Position numbers and translations under genes: made by a program. This document shows, piece after piece, positions 49,986-63,041 of a stretch of DNA of 64,000 nt (the stretch's first letter is position 1; the number at the start of each line of letters is the position of its first letter). Below the pieces are notes generated by a model. The model was not told where the DNA came from and ran no database searches. It worked only from the letters and a program-made list of their open reading frames with translations. This stretch comes from Strigamia acuminata (taxonomy: Eukaryota): the NCBI GenBank assembly GCA_949358305.1, contig OX442314.1, positions 22,320,001 through 22,384,000 on the forward strand. Reading direction: 5' to 3'.

Positions 49986-52900
49986 CTACCTCTGGGTTCG
50001 AACAAATACCAAATAATAACAAATACAAAATATTAATACTACACCACCGCTAACATAACACACGATTTTCCGATTACTTTTTCCTCTATTCAACATTTTA
50101 AGGATTCTTGACGAACTTCCACTGAGAAGACCTGTACTGCCATCAAAGTCCGAGTCCTTACAAGAAAAGAAAAGTAAAATAAAATCAGTAACCTAATTTT
50201 ATGTCAGCTTAATAAAAAAAATACATTCCCAACATATATTTCAGGTTTCAGAAATTTTAATTAGTAGTAAATTGAAGACTCTGGTCTCGTGTGATTCTAT
50301 ATTAAGTATTGAGTGTGCACATCTTAATAGCACGTGCAGCACAACACTAAGGAGAACAAATATGACACCACTCAAACGAAGCCAATGACAAGATCATGTT
50401 CACTAATAAGCTAATTTGTACTTATTTTCAAAACCAGGATTCAGACTTGAATTAATAGAACTGTTACCAGAAGCAAACGGAATAAGTTTCAGATATTGAT
50501 GTTGCAATCAGGGGCAAGGCGTATCTTAACTTACACTTCCATGCACGGAAAGACATGTGGCGTGGCCACATTCTAAAATGAAGCCTAAAGTGACCTTACT
50601 GATGTTTAGCACGTTTAGAAACTTTAGTTGCTTTTATGACACGTTTTACGTTATGATTAAATATAAGTCGGGTGGAAGTATCTGTGAATCTTACAAGTTC
50701 ACGTGCTTTAAAAGAGCCAGAGATAGCAAATGTAAGATGAATATCACTAAATTGAAAACAACTTTTAGAGTTTAAAATTTTAAAATTAAAAAAATTAAAA
50801 AAAAAACAATTAAAATAGCTCAAATAGAACAATTAGATGAAGAGAATAATCCAATGGAAAATAAGAATTGAAAAAGCAAAGAATTTGGAAATCACCAATT
50901 AAAATGCAAAAGCAGCAGTGAAACCTCGAATTAAACCATTGAAGCTTGAGAAATATTTATCAGTCAATAATGAGGCAATTACGATCATATCCTATTAGCA
51001 GAGTAATAAGAATAGATGTATTGCAGCATCAAACAAAAGAATTAAATTACCAGTATAGGAAAAAACAAAAACATTATTACTAATTGTCGTAATTAATAGC
51101 TTTTAAAAAGTAGCCAAAATAATATTTTTCTCCTTTTTAAAATTTAACAATGGAAAAAAACTGCAAAGAAAATGTTGTAAATATGAAGCAGTATAAAGTC
51201 ATACAAATCCAGGACAAGAGGAAATTGGCAGAAACAGAAGACAGAAGACTTAGATTCAGTAACGAGTAAAATAATACCAGAAAACTTAAATTCAGTAATG
51301 AGCAGACAGCAAAGTAAAAACAGCCTATTCGCCACAAAGCAACGAAGCGGTAGTAAATTTGCTCGATCATGCAAGCACATTTTGATGAGCCTAAGTGGTT
51401 TCTACTGATGTTCCTACACTTTTTATTTTTATCTGTCTCCACTTCAACAGTCTTTAGTACTGTACATTAGGCCTGCTGCTGAAACATTCATCTATTTTGA
51501 TACTGTATAGCAATATTGTACATTATTCACAATTCATCTCGCTTATATGTTGTGGCCTGCTACCGGTATTTATATTTTGTAAAATTATTATTTGAGTTTA
51601 CTGCAATAACACAACCAACATTGAGATCCTTTATGAAACCAAGTACATCCAATCTAAGGAAATAAAATTACATTCAATTGAATTTAACCAAGATCGGACA
51701 AATAAGAATATAAATTATAACTAAAAGCTACGTTCACACTAGCTTTAAAAATTCACACTGACAATAACTCAAGAGTATGTTTCATTTAGAGAGAGAAATG
51801 ATGCAGTAAGAAAAGTAAGTAAACTTTTGTTGAACTCAAAAAGGCCCCCAAATCCCATTGGTCGAGCCATTTTACTGATGTAGTGATCCGAAAAAATAAA
51901 ACACAAACACCAGAATTGCATTACAATATACAGACATTGTAATCGATTGCCTAGGTAATAGCCAAAATTTCAAAATTATATGCTTTCCAGACAAAGCAAC
52001 CAATAAACAGAACAAACATGAGTTTTACATTTATATGTGCATAAAACTATATTTCATAAATGGAAATAACATTTTTTAATAAGAAAAAGCAAAATTATAT
52101 TAAATTAAATGGTCATAACAATCACAAAAATAAATAAAAATCAAAACTACTTCTCCTAGTGGTAGTATACAGTCTGGAGTTAGTAGTAATGAGGCTCGAC
52201 CAATGGGATTTGGAGACCTTTTTGAGTTCAACAAGAGTATAGTGACAGAACCAAGAAGCAGGTAAATTATTGTTAAAAGCAGAAAACAATTGTCTCTGCT
52301 CATGTCTTCACTTTAACCATATAAATAAAGAAAATGATGCGCATTTAGAAAAAAAAATTATAAGTACGTTTTTGCTTCATTGCAGTTACTGTTAACCCAG
52401 TGAATCCTACGAACAACTAAAATCTAATTTCGTTATTCTCAAGTTCTCTATGGAAACCCAATTTGTAGCAAAACAAAAGCAATTTTCTATCTATCAGTAG
52501 TGACTTAAATTGGATTGGAGTTATTGCTAGGTAACAAAAAGCAATGTAGTTCAATTCAGAGTGATACAAAAAAAAAAAGTCACCATTTTTTCTTGGCTTT
52601 TAAATGGATGGAAACACCATTTTAAAACATTTTTTAATTAAATTAATTACCTGCACATCCAAATTAAGTATTAAGTAGGTAGGGTAAATATAATCCGGGA
52701 TGCAAAATAAATGAAAAGTTCGTGACCAAAATCAGAGACAAAATGTATCAAAGAAATGAAATAAAAAAATTTCTTACCACATTATTCAGAAGGAAGTTGT
52801 GTTCTTTAGTTTCTGTCTCAATATCAAACGCCAACTGTCAAATTAAAATCAATGTATCAAATCTCTAATATGACAACAAAATTGTAATTGTACCAAATGA

Positions 52901-53340
52901 AGTACATTTCTGTAAAAATACTTCGGGAAAAAAAGTTCATTTTTTGCCCGATTTAAACTCAATTTTATGAATATGTAATAAAAACTTTTATGATGAAAAT
53001 TTCATTCCTAAATTGCCCATTGAAACTTTTTAATAATTTGCCAAAGTTATATGCAATTTGGTGTATGGGAACTTCTTCCACAGCTGCACGCATTTCAATT
53101 AAAGAAATTGTCGTTTGCAATAAGACAAAAATGTCTACAGCTCAGCACAATGACAAAATCTTCATATAAAAGTTGAGGTATTTCAGGTATGCTACTGGTA
53201 CAATCAAATGATTTTTCTAGTTGAAATAGAAAAAAAATTAATCTTACATTCTTTAAGCGGGATACTTTACCCGCCAAATGATCGGCTTGCAATTGATTCT
53301 CATTTTCAAGCATGTCATCTTGCCTACTCCACGTTGCCAT
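49986..53340 (-). CDS. BET1L: BET1-like Qc-SNARE (GS15)
   Basis: Exons 53340-53248, 52834-52778 and 50156-49986 give MLENENQLQADHLAGKVSRLKN|LAFDIETETKEHNFLLNNV|DSDFDGSTGLLSGSSSR...NRKIVCY plus a C-terminal TM helix. Confidence 0.92.
51827..52234. repeat. 42-bp inverted repeat pair in BET1L intron 2
   Basis: 51827-51868 versus 52193-52234 match at 40/42 as reverse complements, with a 324-nt spacer. Confidence 0.9.
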
Positions 53341-54497
53341 TTGTTAGTTCTCTGTAAAAATAAAAAATCAAATTAAAAAATAAAAATAAAAAACAATAGA
53401 ATAAAATAAAATTAATTAATTTAATTGATTAATTAAATAAATATAAAAATACATAAATAGGTTAACAACAAAAATAAATACAGAATGTTTCACTTCAAAC
53501 ACTTCAAAATTGAAATAAATGAAGTCAGTGGTCATGAGAGTAAATTACACTTACGCTATCGACTGTTGTCTAACCGGCCACTAATCTAAGTTAAATTTAA
53601 ATCATGCTAAACCTATAGTAACTATCCTTAGTTCGAAAACTTACCTTAGTATTTTGTTTGTAGAAATATGGTAGGTTTTTGCTGTTGTCACACAGTCAAT
53701 ATCAACTAAATCTTGTAATGGTTGCCATCTTGTTCAATTTCGCCGCCAGATAGCAAAGCATTATGTTGTGCGTGAGCCAAGGCGTGAGCAGAATCAAAGA
53801 AACAAAATAAAAACAAGAAAAAAGTGATGAAAAAAATATATAAAATATTAGAAGAATTAAAATTCTTTCCTTGAAAAATCTTTTATTTATGCTTCTTTTT
53901 TTGAAATAATAAATACAGCTACCAAATTGGAAACAAAAGTTAAATTCCCGCCAGCCCACCATGCCATCTGGTGTTGAAAATGAAATTAATAAATACGTGG
54001 CAAACAGCCAGTAAATGTGCACAAATAACCCATCACCACCACTGGGGACGGGGATAAAATGTATTTTTTACCGTGTAAAATGTATTAGAACCGAATTGCA
54101 ATCAACCCTGATTGAACCACCATCTTGAATACCAAGGTGCATAATTATAGAGAGCGTATTCTCTTCTTCCTTGTTTTGACTATTTGCCCTTGAGTCATAT
54201 GGGACTCAGTTTGTCAGCGTAGGTTTACCATTTTGTCTCTGTAGAATCCTTTTGAGGCCTTGTAAAGCGCTCTTGATTATTTTATCGATTTATCTATATA
54301 TATTTTGGTTGTATTTCTTAAATTTGGTTTATTACAAAATAAATAAGTTGTCATGTTTGATAAATAGAACCGATTGATTTCAAAAAATTGATTTAATATC
54401 CTAAATCTGTTACGATGTCTTGTTTATGCGTGAGGCTCTTAATTGTCATCCCTCTGATGACATTCCTTTGAAGCAGTGACCACCTGCCACTCTAAAA

Positions 54498-54884
54498 AGG
54501 TGGAAACACAAGAGAGCGGGTAAAATTTCAAAGCTTGCTAGTACAAGTTTAAAGAGAGAGTCATTTACAAGCTCACTTCACCCGCTTTTAGCTTACCAGC
54601 TTAACTGGCAAACTCAAGCTAGCTAGAAATTCCCGCCAAAATCTCCACCAAGAATTTCCTCACGATTCTGATTGGCTGTGAAAGTTACATGACCAAAATA
54701 CCAGCAAGCTTGAAGCTGGTAAATCAAACTCCGTTTGATCGAAGCGGGTGAGTACAAGCTCGCATCATAACAAAGCTTTGAATAAAAACGCAAGCTTGTG
54801 TATGCTCAAGCGGGCGAGTTTTTATCCGCTTTTTCAAGTAAAAGCTAGTTTTTAAATTTTACCCGCTCCCTTGTGTTTCCACCT
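54498..54884. mobile_element. MITE with ~30-bp TIRs
   Basis: aggtggaaacacaagagagcgggtaaaattt ... aaattttacccgctcccttgtgtttccacct, with taaaa on both flanks. Confidence 0.8.
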
Positions 54885-55355
54885 TAAAACCCCTTTTCCA
54901 GAGCCTTACTTGCAAGAAGCCTTGCAGTGCCGCCTCCTCGCCTACTTCTCGATATACCTTAATATTTAACCCTTAATTACCCCTCGTCATTTAGTCCCGT
55001 CACACAAGTGCAAAAAGAAAAAAACATTTCCCCTAAAAGAAATAAGCAGGATGTTTCTGACGCCATAACAAATATGTGATTTGATCATTTTGGTGATGAT
55101 ACCATAAGGATTTAATGCTGGGCCCACGTTATTCTTAATGTCGATGAAAAAATCTGGCTTGATTAGGGATAAGAAAATGCTGACAGAAGTATGATTGGAC
55201 ATTTTGGCATTGCAATTGGCCCACTGAGATGAGGAATTCGATGTCACAAAACAGCTATTTGTGAAAATGTGAAGTCGGGAAAAATTTGCTTAATTTTTTG
55301 GCGATTTTGAATGGACTCGATTCGAGAAACAATAGCCTACGATTAAATGACATTA

Positions 55356-55959
55356 AGGGGTTTCATTAAATGAGTGATTACTTGATTACTTTGATTACTT
55401 TGATTAGTTGATTATTTGATGTATCATGAGACTGGATTCAACCAATCCTGAGAATAATCATTTCATCACATAAGCAACTAATCAAGTAATCAAGTAATCA
55501 TCCCAAACCATGATTTTCTGCTGACTTGGGCGATTATGAGTGCTCTCTCAACTCAAACCAACATGGCGGCGCCACACCCGCTTCAGCTACACAAGGTCAT
55601 AATACAATAAAGTGTGCTCAGTTTAGATTAAACTAAACACAAAAAACAAGTTAGGGAGTTGCAATTGTTACTTGTAGCAACTTTTTTTTAACAATTGCTA
55701 CGTATCTAGGTTACAATTTAAACAATTCCGCCCATCGGAACAATCTACGTGTTACGGTTGCTCGCATCACCTTTTCAGGTTGCCCATGCACATTTGCACA
55801 CAGTCATGTGACCAACACAAAAAGTCATGTGACCTTCACATAATCACACATACAAATAATCACATAATCAGATTTTTTGTTTGGCCCTCAATAATTGAGT
55901 GATTATGATTATTGCAATAATCAAAGTAATCAAGTAATCACTCATTTAATGAAACCCCT
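55356..55959. mobile_element. MITE with ~40-bp TIRs
   Basis: TA|aggggtttcattaaatgagtgattacttgattactttgatt ... aatcaaagtaatcaagtaatcactcatttaatgaaacccct|TA. Confidence 0.8.
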
Positions 55960-56209
55960 TATTATACTCTCTGGAACAGCCTACAACCTGTTCATCGATT
56001 TATTGAAATCTGGAAGTAAATGGCCCAATACTGATCTTTAGAAAGAAAAACAGCTTTACTAAAGATCTATTTTTTGCACATACACTTAGTTTGTGGGTAA
56101 GCCTTGGGTTAGAATGACACTGACAAGTGGGAAACTTTATGGAAATTTGCTCCATGTCAGACGGCCTGGTTTTTCTGCTCGGAGTTATGGACTTGTCACC
56201 GTGTTTGTC

Positions 56210-56430
56210 TTATCGAAGTAACGGTGAATGTCTAACTTCGTTTGTAAATCTACCGATTGAGTGGCAGTTTTGGCCTAACAGAAATAATATGAAGTGAGCA
56301 TGGAGTGTTGGGAGAGAGAGAAAGGGGAAAGAGCGTCGAGGGATTTCTTTAGGGTGAAGGTAAAGCAGATCACAGATCAAATCCGGATCAGTAAAGGGTG
56401 AATCGTTCAAGTTGAGGAGTCCATACGTCT
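56210..56430 (-). mobile_element. Possible LINE ORF2 C-terminal remnant
   Basis: LLNLNDSPFTDPDLICDLLYLHPKEIPRRSFPF...HSPLLR resembles the CR1/Jockey ORF2 tail pattern. Short and degenerate. Confidence 0.3.
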
Positions 56431-57278
56431 AATCCTCCGAGAAATCTAAATGCTAATTTGTCAATCCATTCTTCACCAGTCACCATCTTGTTTTTAATCA
56501 CCAAATTTGAGACAAATTTCTAGTTTTTTTTTATATCCTAAACAAAATCCTGCTCAAATAAAGTCGAGCTTTAAAAACATATTGCTTCACTGCAAACACA
56601 TACTGCTTCAGTCTGTATCCTTAATTGAATGAAGTAAGCAAACTTGTGCGGTGACTGATGAAACGTGTAAAAGCAGAAGCAAACAAGTAAAATTGTATAA
56701 ATAAAATATCCCAAATGGGAATATTATGTCACAATATATTCGAACCACAGTTTAAAGATGAACCAATCTTTACAAACAGTAAAAAAAAATCTTCAGCATT
56801 CATTCAAGTAAAAAAAAAAGAATAAAATGTAGTTTTATCCATTTGAATTTGAAGTTTTCATTCAGATTTAATGTATGAGAAGTGACGAGGGCTAATTCCA
56901 CCACAACTACAGAAAAAAGTGATTAAAACCAAATTTATAATAATAAATGGCAATATAATTTCTATCCTTTTCTACCTTTACCCACAATTAAGCAAAAACA
57001 TTAATGCGCCACTACAATTAATTTTAACGAGCGCCTCATTTATTCCACTCTTTATCGTTTTAATGCAGTCATCAGCACCCAATTCCTCTCAAACGATCGT
57101 GTTAAACAGACTTGATTACAATTTCTAAGATAATTGACACTGTGGAGAGCTGAGCCGAGCCAAACCAAACATAACACGTGCATCCTAACCACGCCTACAG
57201 AACACGTGACTCGCTACTCTTCAGTTCTGCCTCATGAACTCGAATGCGTTTCATTGCACGATGTGAATCCACAGAACC

Positions 57279-58687
57279 ATGTATTCTTTGCTCAACTCGT
57301 CTACTCACTTCCCCTTCACCGATGCAGACGAGATGGATAATGAAGGCGTGTCGCAATGGACTGCCTTACCCATGACTCTCATCTACACTTTTATACTAAT
57401 TACAGGTACGTACAATATGTATAATACATCGTTAAAAACTTTTTTTTCAAGATATTTCTAAAATTTCTAAAATTTAAATTACTTTTCAATATCATGCAGA
57501 AACAAGTTTTAGACAAAACTGTACAGGCTACCGCATGTAAACAGTATCAATAACTACTGTATGTTTAATTTTATTCAAAAATGGGCATTCAAAATGTTTG
57601 TACATTTTTTGAGACACCCTTTTTCTGTTGAAATCGATTTTCCACGATAATTTGTAACGGTTTGATAAAAAAAATTGAAAAATTTTGATTAATTGATGAT
57701 TTATCGTCTACATTTTTATCCTAAAATATGACCAAATCATAACATGTTTTATATCCTTTCGTAAAAACGTGTGAGCAGTATAATAATCTATAAAAATAAA
57801 ATTGATTTCACCGAATAATGTGAAATTTATTTTTAAAAAAAAATGCTATTCCGTCCATGCTATTTTTCACGTAATGCAGCGAAACTAGTGAAGAGCTATT
57901 AAGAAACGAACAGCTTTCCTGCACTTCACCATAAACAAAATTAAAAATAAATAAATTATCTAAAAACATTTTAAAAATATAAAATATTAAAATTTCCAAT
58001 TAAAAAAAATATATAATTACTCTTTTTCTCTAATAGGTATCATAGGTAACCTAGGCACCTGCATCGTAATTGGCAAAATTAAATCAATGCATACCGCTAC
58101 CAATTACTACCTATTCAGTTTAGCTGTATCCGATTTGCTTCTCCTGATCCTCGGTTTGCCTCAAGAAATGTATCAACTTTGGGTTCCATCGCCGTACACA
58201 TTCGGAGAATTATTCTGTGTTTTCCGTGGCCTGGCCGCTGAAACTTCGAGCAACGCATCGGTTCTACTTATCACGGCCTTTACCGCCGAGCGGTACCTCG
58301 CTATATGCCATCCATTAAGAGCCCACACCTGGAGCAAATTGACCCGCGCATTGAAAGTGATTGGAGTAATTTGGCTCGTTGCCGTTGTTTGCGCGCTGCC
58401 AGTGGCTCTACAGTTTGGAATAATTTACCCCAAGCCGGGGATTGCCGAGTGTAATGTCAAGCATTCACTCGATCCTGCGTTCGAGTTGTCGACATTTTTG
58501 TTTTTTTGCTTGCCAATGACAGTTATTTCGGTTTTGTACATTCTAATCGGATTGAAATTGCGAATGCCCAAACGCGTGCACAGCTCCAAAGGAAATAATG
58601 TTTGCATGTTGTCGTCGAATGAACGTTCTTCACCAGGAAACCAACAAACACTGTCAAGTTCCCGAAAGGCGGTATTGAAAATGCTAG
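57279..58687 (+). CDS. Neuropeptide GPCR of the pyrokinin/CAPA/neuromedin-U receptor group, TM1 to start of TM6 (remaining exons not found in the window)
   Basis: Exons 57279-57405 and 58037-58687. GIIGNLGTCIVI..MHTATNYYLFSLAVSDLLLLILGLP, AETSSNASVLLITAFTAERYLAICHP, STFLFFCLPMTVISVLYILIG, SRKAVLKML. Confidence 0.9.
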
Positions 58688-60181
58688 GTAAGTTTGGTGT
58701 CGGAATAAATTGATTAAGGGGAAATCAAATGAATGAAAAAGGATTGATTTTTTTTTTCTTTTTTTTTTTTAAATTACAGAAACTTTTAAAGTTTTTTTTT
58801 TTTTTTTTTTTAAATTATTTTCCATTACATTAAAGCGACCCCAGATGTTTCAAAGGCTCTGGGATGGTCAGATGTCCCAATTTTGTAAAATTTTATCAAA
58901 ACTGTTTAAAAAATTTAACACCTTCTGCAATTTCGATTTTTTTTAAAAAATTAAATTTAAAAATTTTTCTTGAAATTTCGTAATTTCTTATTAACTTTTT
59001 TCCGAAATTTTGAATTTTTTTATGAAAGTTTGTAAATTTAAAAATGTCAAAATATTTCAAAAGAAATTTTTTAAAAACAAAATTTTTTTTTTTTATTGAG
59101 TCCCAGTTTTTAATCCCAAAAGCTTGGGCACTCTGATTAAACAGTACCGTTAAATAGTATTCATAGGTTAAAAAGCTCAGCTTTAATTAAAAAGCTTACA
59201 TTTTCACCTCAACAATTGATGTCAGGTCACAAACGCAACTCAGGTTGCCTTTTATTGCTTTAGGACTAAATGATGAGACGCTAAAAACGCAAGGTTGCGA
59301 TATTTCTTAGAATCCAAAACTTTAATGAATAATGAAACCAAAAAAATTCTTTCAAACGTTAAAAAAAAATCATTAAAACCTTTTAATTTCCTTTTCTAAT
59401 GATTTCTGAAATTTCGCGAAATGTTTCCTCTAGTTGCTCATTAATTTGAAAAATAAATATCTTCGACTTTTCTCAGATTTTACGAAAATATGAAAGATTA
59501 TACCGTATTATATAATCATTAAAAAAAAACTTTTATGGCTTAATTCTAAAAATAACAAGCCTCTTTGTATAATAGATTATTATCACCACAAAGAATTAAT
59601 GAAAATAAGACAGAATTATAAAAAATAAATAAATATACTGCATATAGAAATGTATAAACCAACGAACGTGATACGCATCGCAATAGGGAAATCATTTAAC
59701 TGATTATTGCTCAACAAAGTTACATGTTTCGACTCTAAAATATTTCTCAGAAGAAATTTTATTCAGAAAATCCAATAACGAATCAAATTTCTTTCAACTG
59801 TGTGTCTCAATCTCATGAGCTAAAAAAAAGAACAAAGTGATGAAAATACTTCCAACTCTGCTTATCATTGCTTTCACTATCCGTCTTAATGTTTGTCACT
59901 GACCCATTCAATAAAAATGTCACCTTTTTATATTACACCAGTAATTTTTTTGATTTTTTTCCAAATTATATTGAGTCAATAATATAGTTTAAAAGCAAAA
60001 TACGATACCATTTGCAATTCTAATGTTTAAGGCCTACAATTAAATAGAGGATAATTGGATACACATGCTATAGGTTACCGAGCTGGACATTTTGTAAAAT
60101 GTAGAGGAAAAATTTGAATACTGGCGTATCGGCTACCCGACACAGCTGAATCAATAATAAATCAAATGATACTCTCCAGAC

Positions 60182-63041
60182 TGTTGGAAATCACTGGATC
60201 GATACAAATTCAACAGTCGCAATGGTTAAGAGATTACAAGTGCTTTATTAAAATAAAATACACAGTTTATATGTATCAACACTTAGCCCTGATTGACTCT
60301 TCATACACAAAAACGTCTAATGGACGTATCTTCTCCTGGTGATGTATTGGCAGTCAAAATACACAATGTCCAACAAATTCTCCTCTCGGACCACCCATAC
60401 GTACTCACTGCGCGTTCTTTTATCCTCCTTTCAGTTTGGGCATTTTAACTAGTGCAATCTTGAGTTCGGTGAAGACGCGTTCGAGTGCCGGCCCAGCGAA
60501 CGGTTCGAACGGTTTCGTCAGGAAATTCGTTAACATATCCACTTCCAGGATGTGTACGACATTGATATTCCCTTTCTCCATATCATTCTTCACAAAGTTC
60601 AATCGTCGGTTGAAGTGTTTGGTTTGTGCGTTCTGAGGTCCTGGATGGAGTAGCTGCGTCGCAGTAAGCGATCGTTGGTTCATCTCTGATCGTGAACTGC
60701 ATTGTTTTCATCAGTCCTTTGGTCCAGAATATGTCCTTTACTCCTTCGGATAGAGCGTGTAGCTAGCTTTCAGTGCTTGACGTTGCTATAATTTTTTGTT
60801 TTTTACATCTCTAATGAATTAGCGCTTCTCCATCTCAAATGATGAATCCTGAAAACAACTTAGAGTCCACTGTTCTGTCCAAACTTGCATCCGTGTGTGC
60901 ATGCAATCTTCGATATTCACTTCCGTATAAAAGTCTGTAGTCGATTGTTTTGTGTAAATACTTCAGGATTCGTTTCAGCGCGTTTGTAGTGGATCTGCCT
61001 TGGTCGTGCATTGTATTGGGACAATGTGCTCATTACAAAACTGAGGTCGGGTTTCGTGTTAATCGCCAGATACATCAACTTCCCAATCAATTCTTGGTAA
61101 TTTCGTTGCTCGATGACTGGGCTGTCTTCGGTTTCGTCCAGATTCTGCTGCGGATCCATTGGCGTCGTCTTCGGGTTGCATCCTTCCATGCCGTATTCCG
61201 TTAACACTCCTTGGATGTATTTGGTTTTCTGGAGGTGGATTCTGCTGTCGTCGTGACACACCTGAATTCCTAAGATCGACAATAACTGGCCCATGGAGAT
61301 TAGTTCTACTTCATGTTTAATCTTGTCAATCACTTCTTTTTCGAATCGGTCGAATGATGCCGAAACGACTGCGTCATCCACGTAAACTCCCAAAAACATG
61401 TATTCTTTTCCTCGTCATACGAGTTTTACTTTGGCCAAAACTTGGGTTAGCTTCTCGTACCAGCACCATCCTGACTGTTTATGTCCATAAATACTCTTGT
61501 TGAGTTTGCATAGGAGATCTGTTCCTTTCTTGTAGCCTTTAGACTGTGCCATGTAGATTTCTTTTTTGAGCTTGCCGTGCAGGGATGCCGATTGTACATC
61601 GTGTTGCGATAATTTGCTCTTCCGTTTTGCAGCTTCATTCACGAGTATTCTAAGCGTTTTGTCCTAATTTTGTCCCCATCGTTGTGTGTATCCAGCGGCT
61701 ACGAGCCTTGCTTTAAAATGTTTTTCGCCGGTATTTGGATTTACTTTAACTTTGTAAACCCATTTCGATTTGACAACTTTCTTGTTTTTTGGCAGTTCCG
61801 TCACGATCCAACCTTGGTGTCTCGCCATCCATGCCATTTCTTCATCCATGGCTTTTATTCACTCCTCGGAATTAATTGACTGTAACGCTTCTTCATGGTG
61901 TAGAGGTGGCTTGATTTCTCCCGACACATTGGCTAGCGCTCTTGATTTTATGCACAAGGATCGTTTCACTCCTTGACATTCTCCTCTTAATTTTCATTTC
62001 CATTTGCATTTTTGTTCTCAATGTGTCGTGTATCGCTTTGGAATTTGAAATATCTGTGTGTTCTGCATCAGATCTGTCTGGATTTACGTCAGACTCAATC
62101 ACATTTCAATATATTTTATCTATATTTCGATTCATCTTGATACATCTCTTCCATTTTTTGAATTATCTCGATCGAAACTCGTTCAAAGTTTTTTTCAAAC
62201 TCGTCATCGCTTTCTTCAAATTTGTTGTAGAGCACCATCAAATTAGTACTATCCAACTTATCGTAGTCATCTTAAGTTAAATGTTTTCTTTTTAAAAAGG
62301 AGACAAATCAGCTAAAATAAAACCAGCCATTGTAACAAAACTTAAATTTCTACTACAAAAATATTGAATTACTTAAATAAACGTATTCAAATGTGCATTA
62401 TTATGCAAGTAAACAAGTAAAACCACTGCCTTTTTTTTTAATGCCTCAGTAATTATTTTATCACAAGAATAAAAAATTTCACTTTGCTGATTTTTTTCTG
62501 ATTTGTCTCTTTTTTAAAAAGAAAACATTTAACTTAAGATGACTAAGATAAGTTGGATAGTACTAATTTGATGATGCTCTACAACTTTGTAATTGAAAGT
62601 TTTGCTCTAACCTGATTGGTTTAGAAGTTAGCAAGTGAATAACCTTGAAAATGGCCTTTAAGGTCAAATTTGATGACATCATTGCATTGCTCTCACCCAA
62701 CTTACTATACGATCGCTTCATCAAAGTTGGCCTAGATGCAATTGCTCAGGAAATATTTGAGGGGAACAGACTTTTCTTCCACCCTGCATATAACTTATAA
62801 CTTATATCGACACTTAGCCTTGATTGGCTGTTACAGAAAAACGTCTAATGGACATATCTTCCAATATATTCGATATGTCCAAGCGCCTCCTGGTGAGTTA
62901 TTGGCAGTCGAAATACACAATGTTCAACAAATTCTCCTCTCGGACCACCAATACTCACTATGCGTTCTTTTATCCTTCTTTCGGTTTGGGCATATTAACT
63001 GGTGCAATCTTGAGTTTGGTCGAAATACACAATGTCCAACA
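60182..63041 (-). mobile_element. Defective Ty1/copia LTR retrotransposon in the GPCR intron
   Basis: 5-bp TSD cagac at 60177-60181 and 63042-63046. 3' LTR 60375-60182 reads TGTTGGA...TCCAACA with TATAAA and AATAAA, preceded by PPT gagaggagaat. Frameshifted RT/RNaseH: KWVYKVK..FKARLVAAG, LNKSIYG.KQSG..W, YVDD, YQELIGKLMYLA, DMLTNFLTKP. Confidence 0.93.
62150..62786. mobile_element. Mariner-type non-autonomous element nested in the copia element, with an internal ~90-bp inverted repeat
   Basis: 62224-62315 is inverted at 62495-62585 (gttgtagagca.catcaaattagtactatccaacttatc.tagtcatcttaagttaaatg). The right end caccctg is typical of TA-cagggtg elements; the left boundary is approximate. Confidence 0.65.

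Noticed and set aside
56615..57760. gtatcctt / atatcctt U12-type donor motifs
   Set aside because: Not located at any exon boundary I could define; the introns I checked are standard GT-AG.
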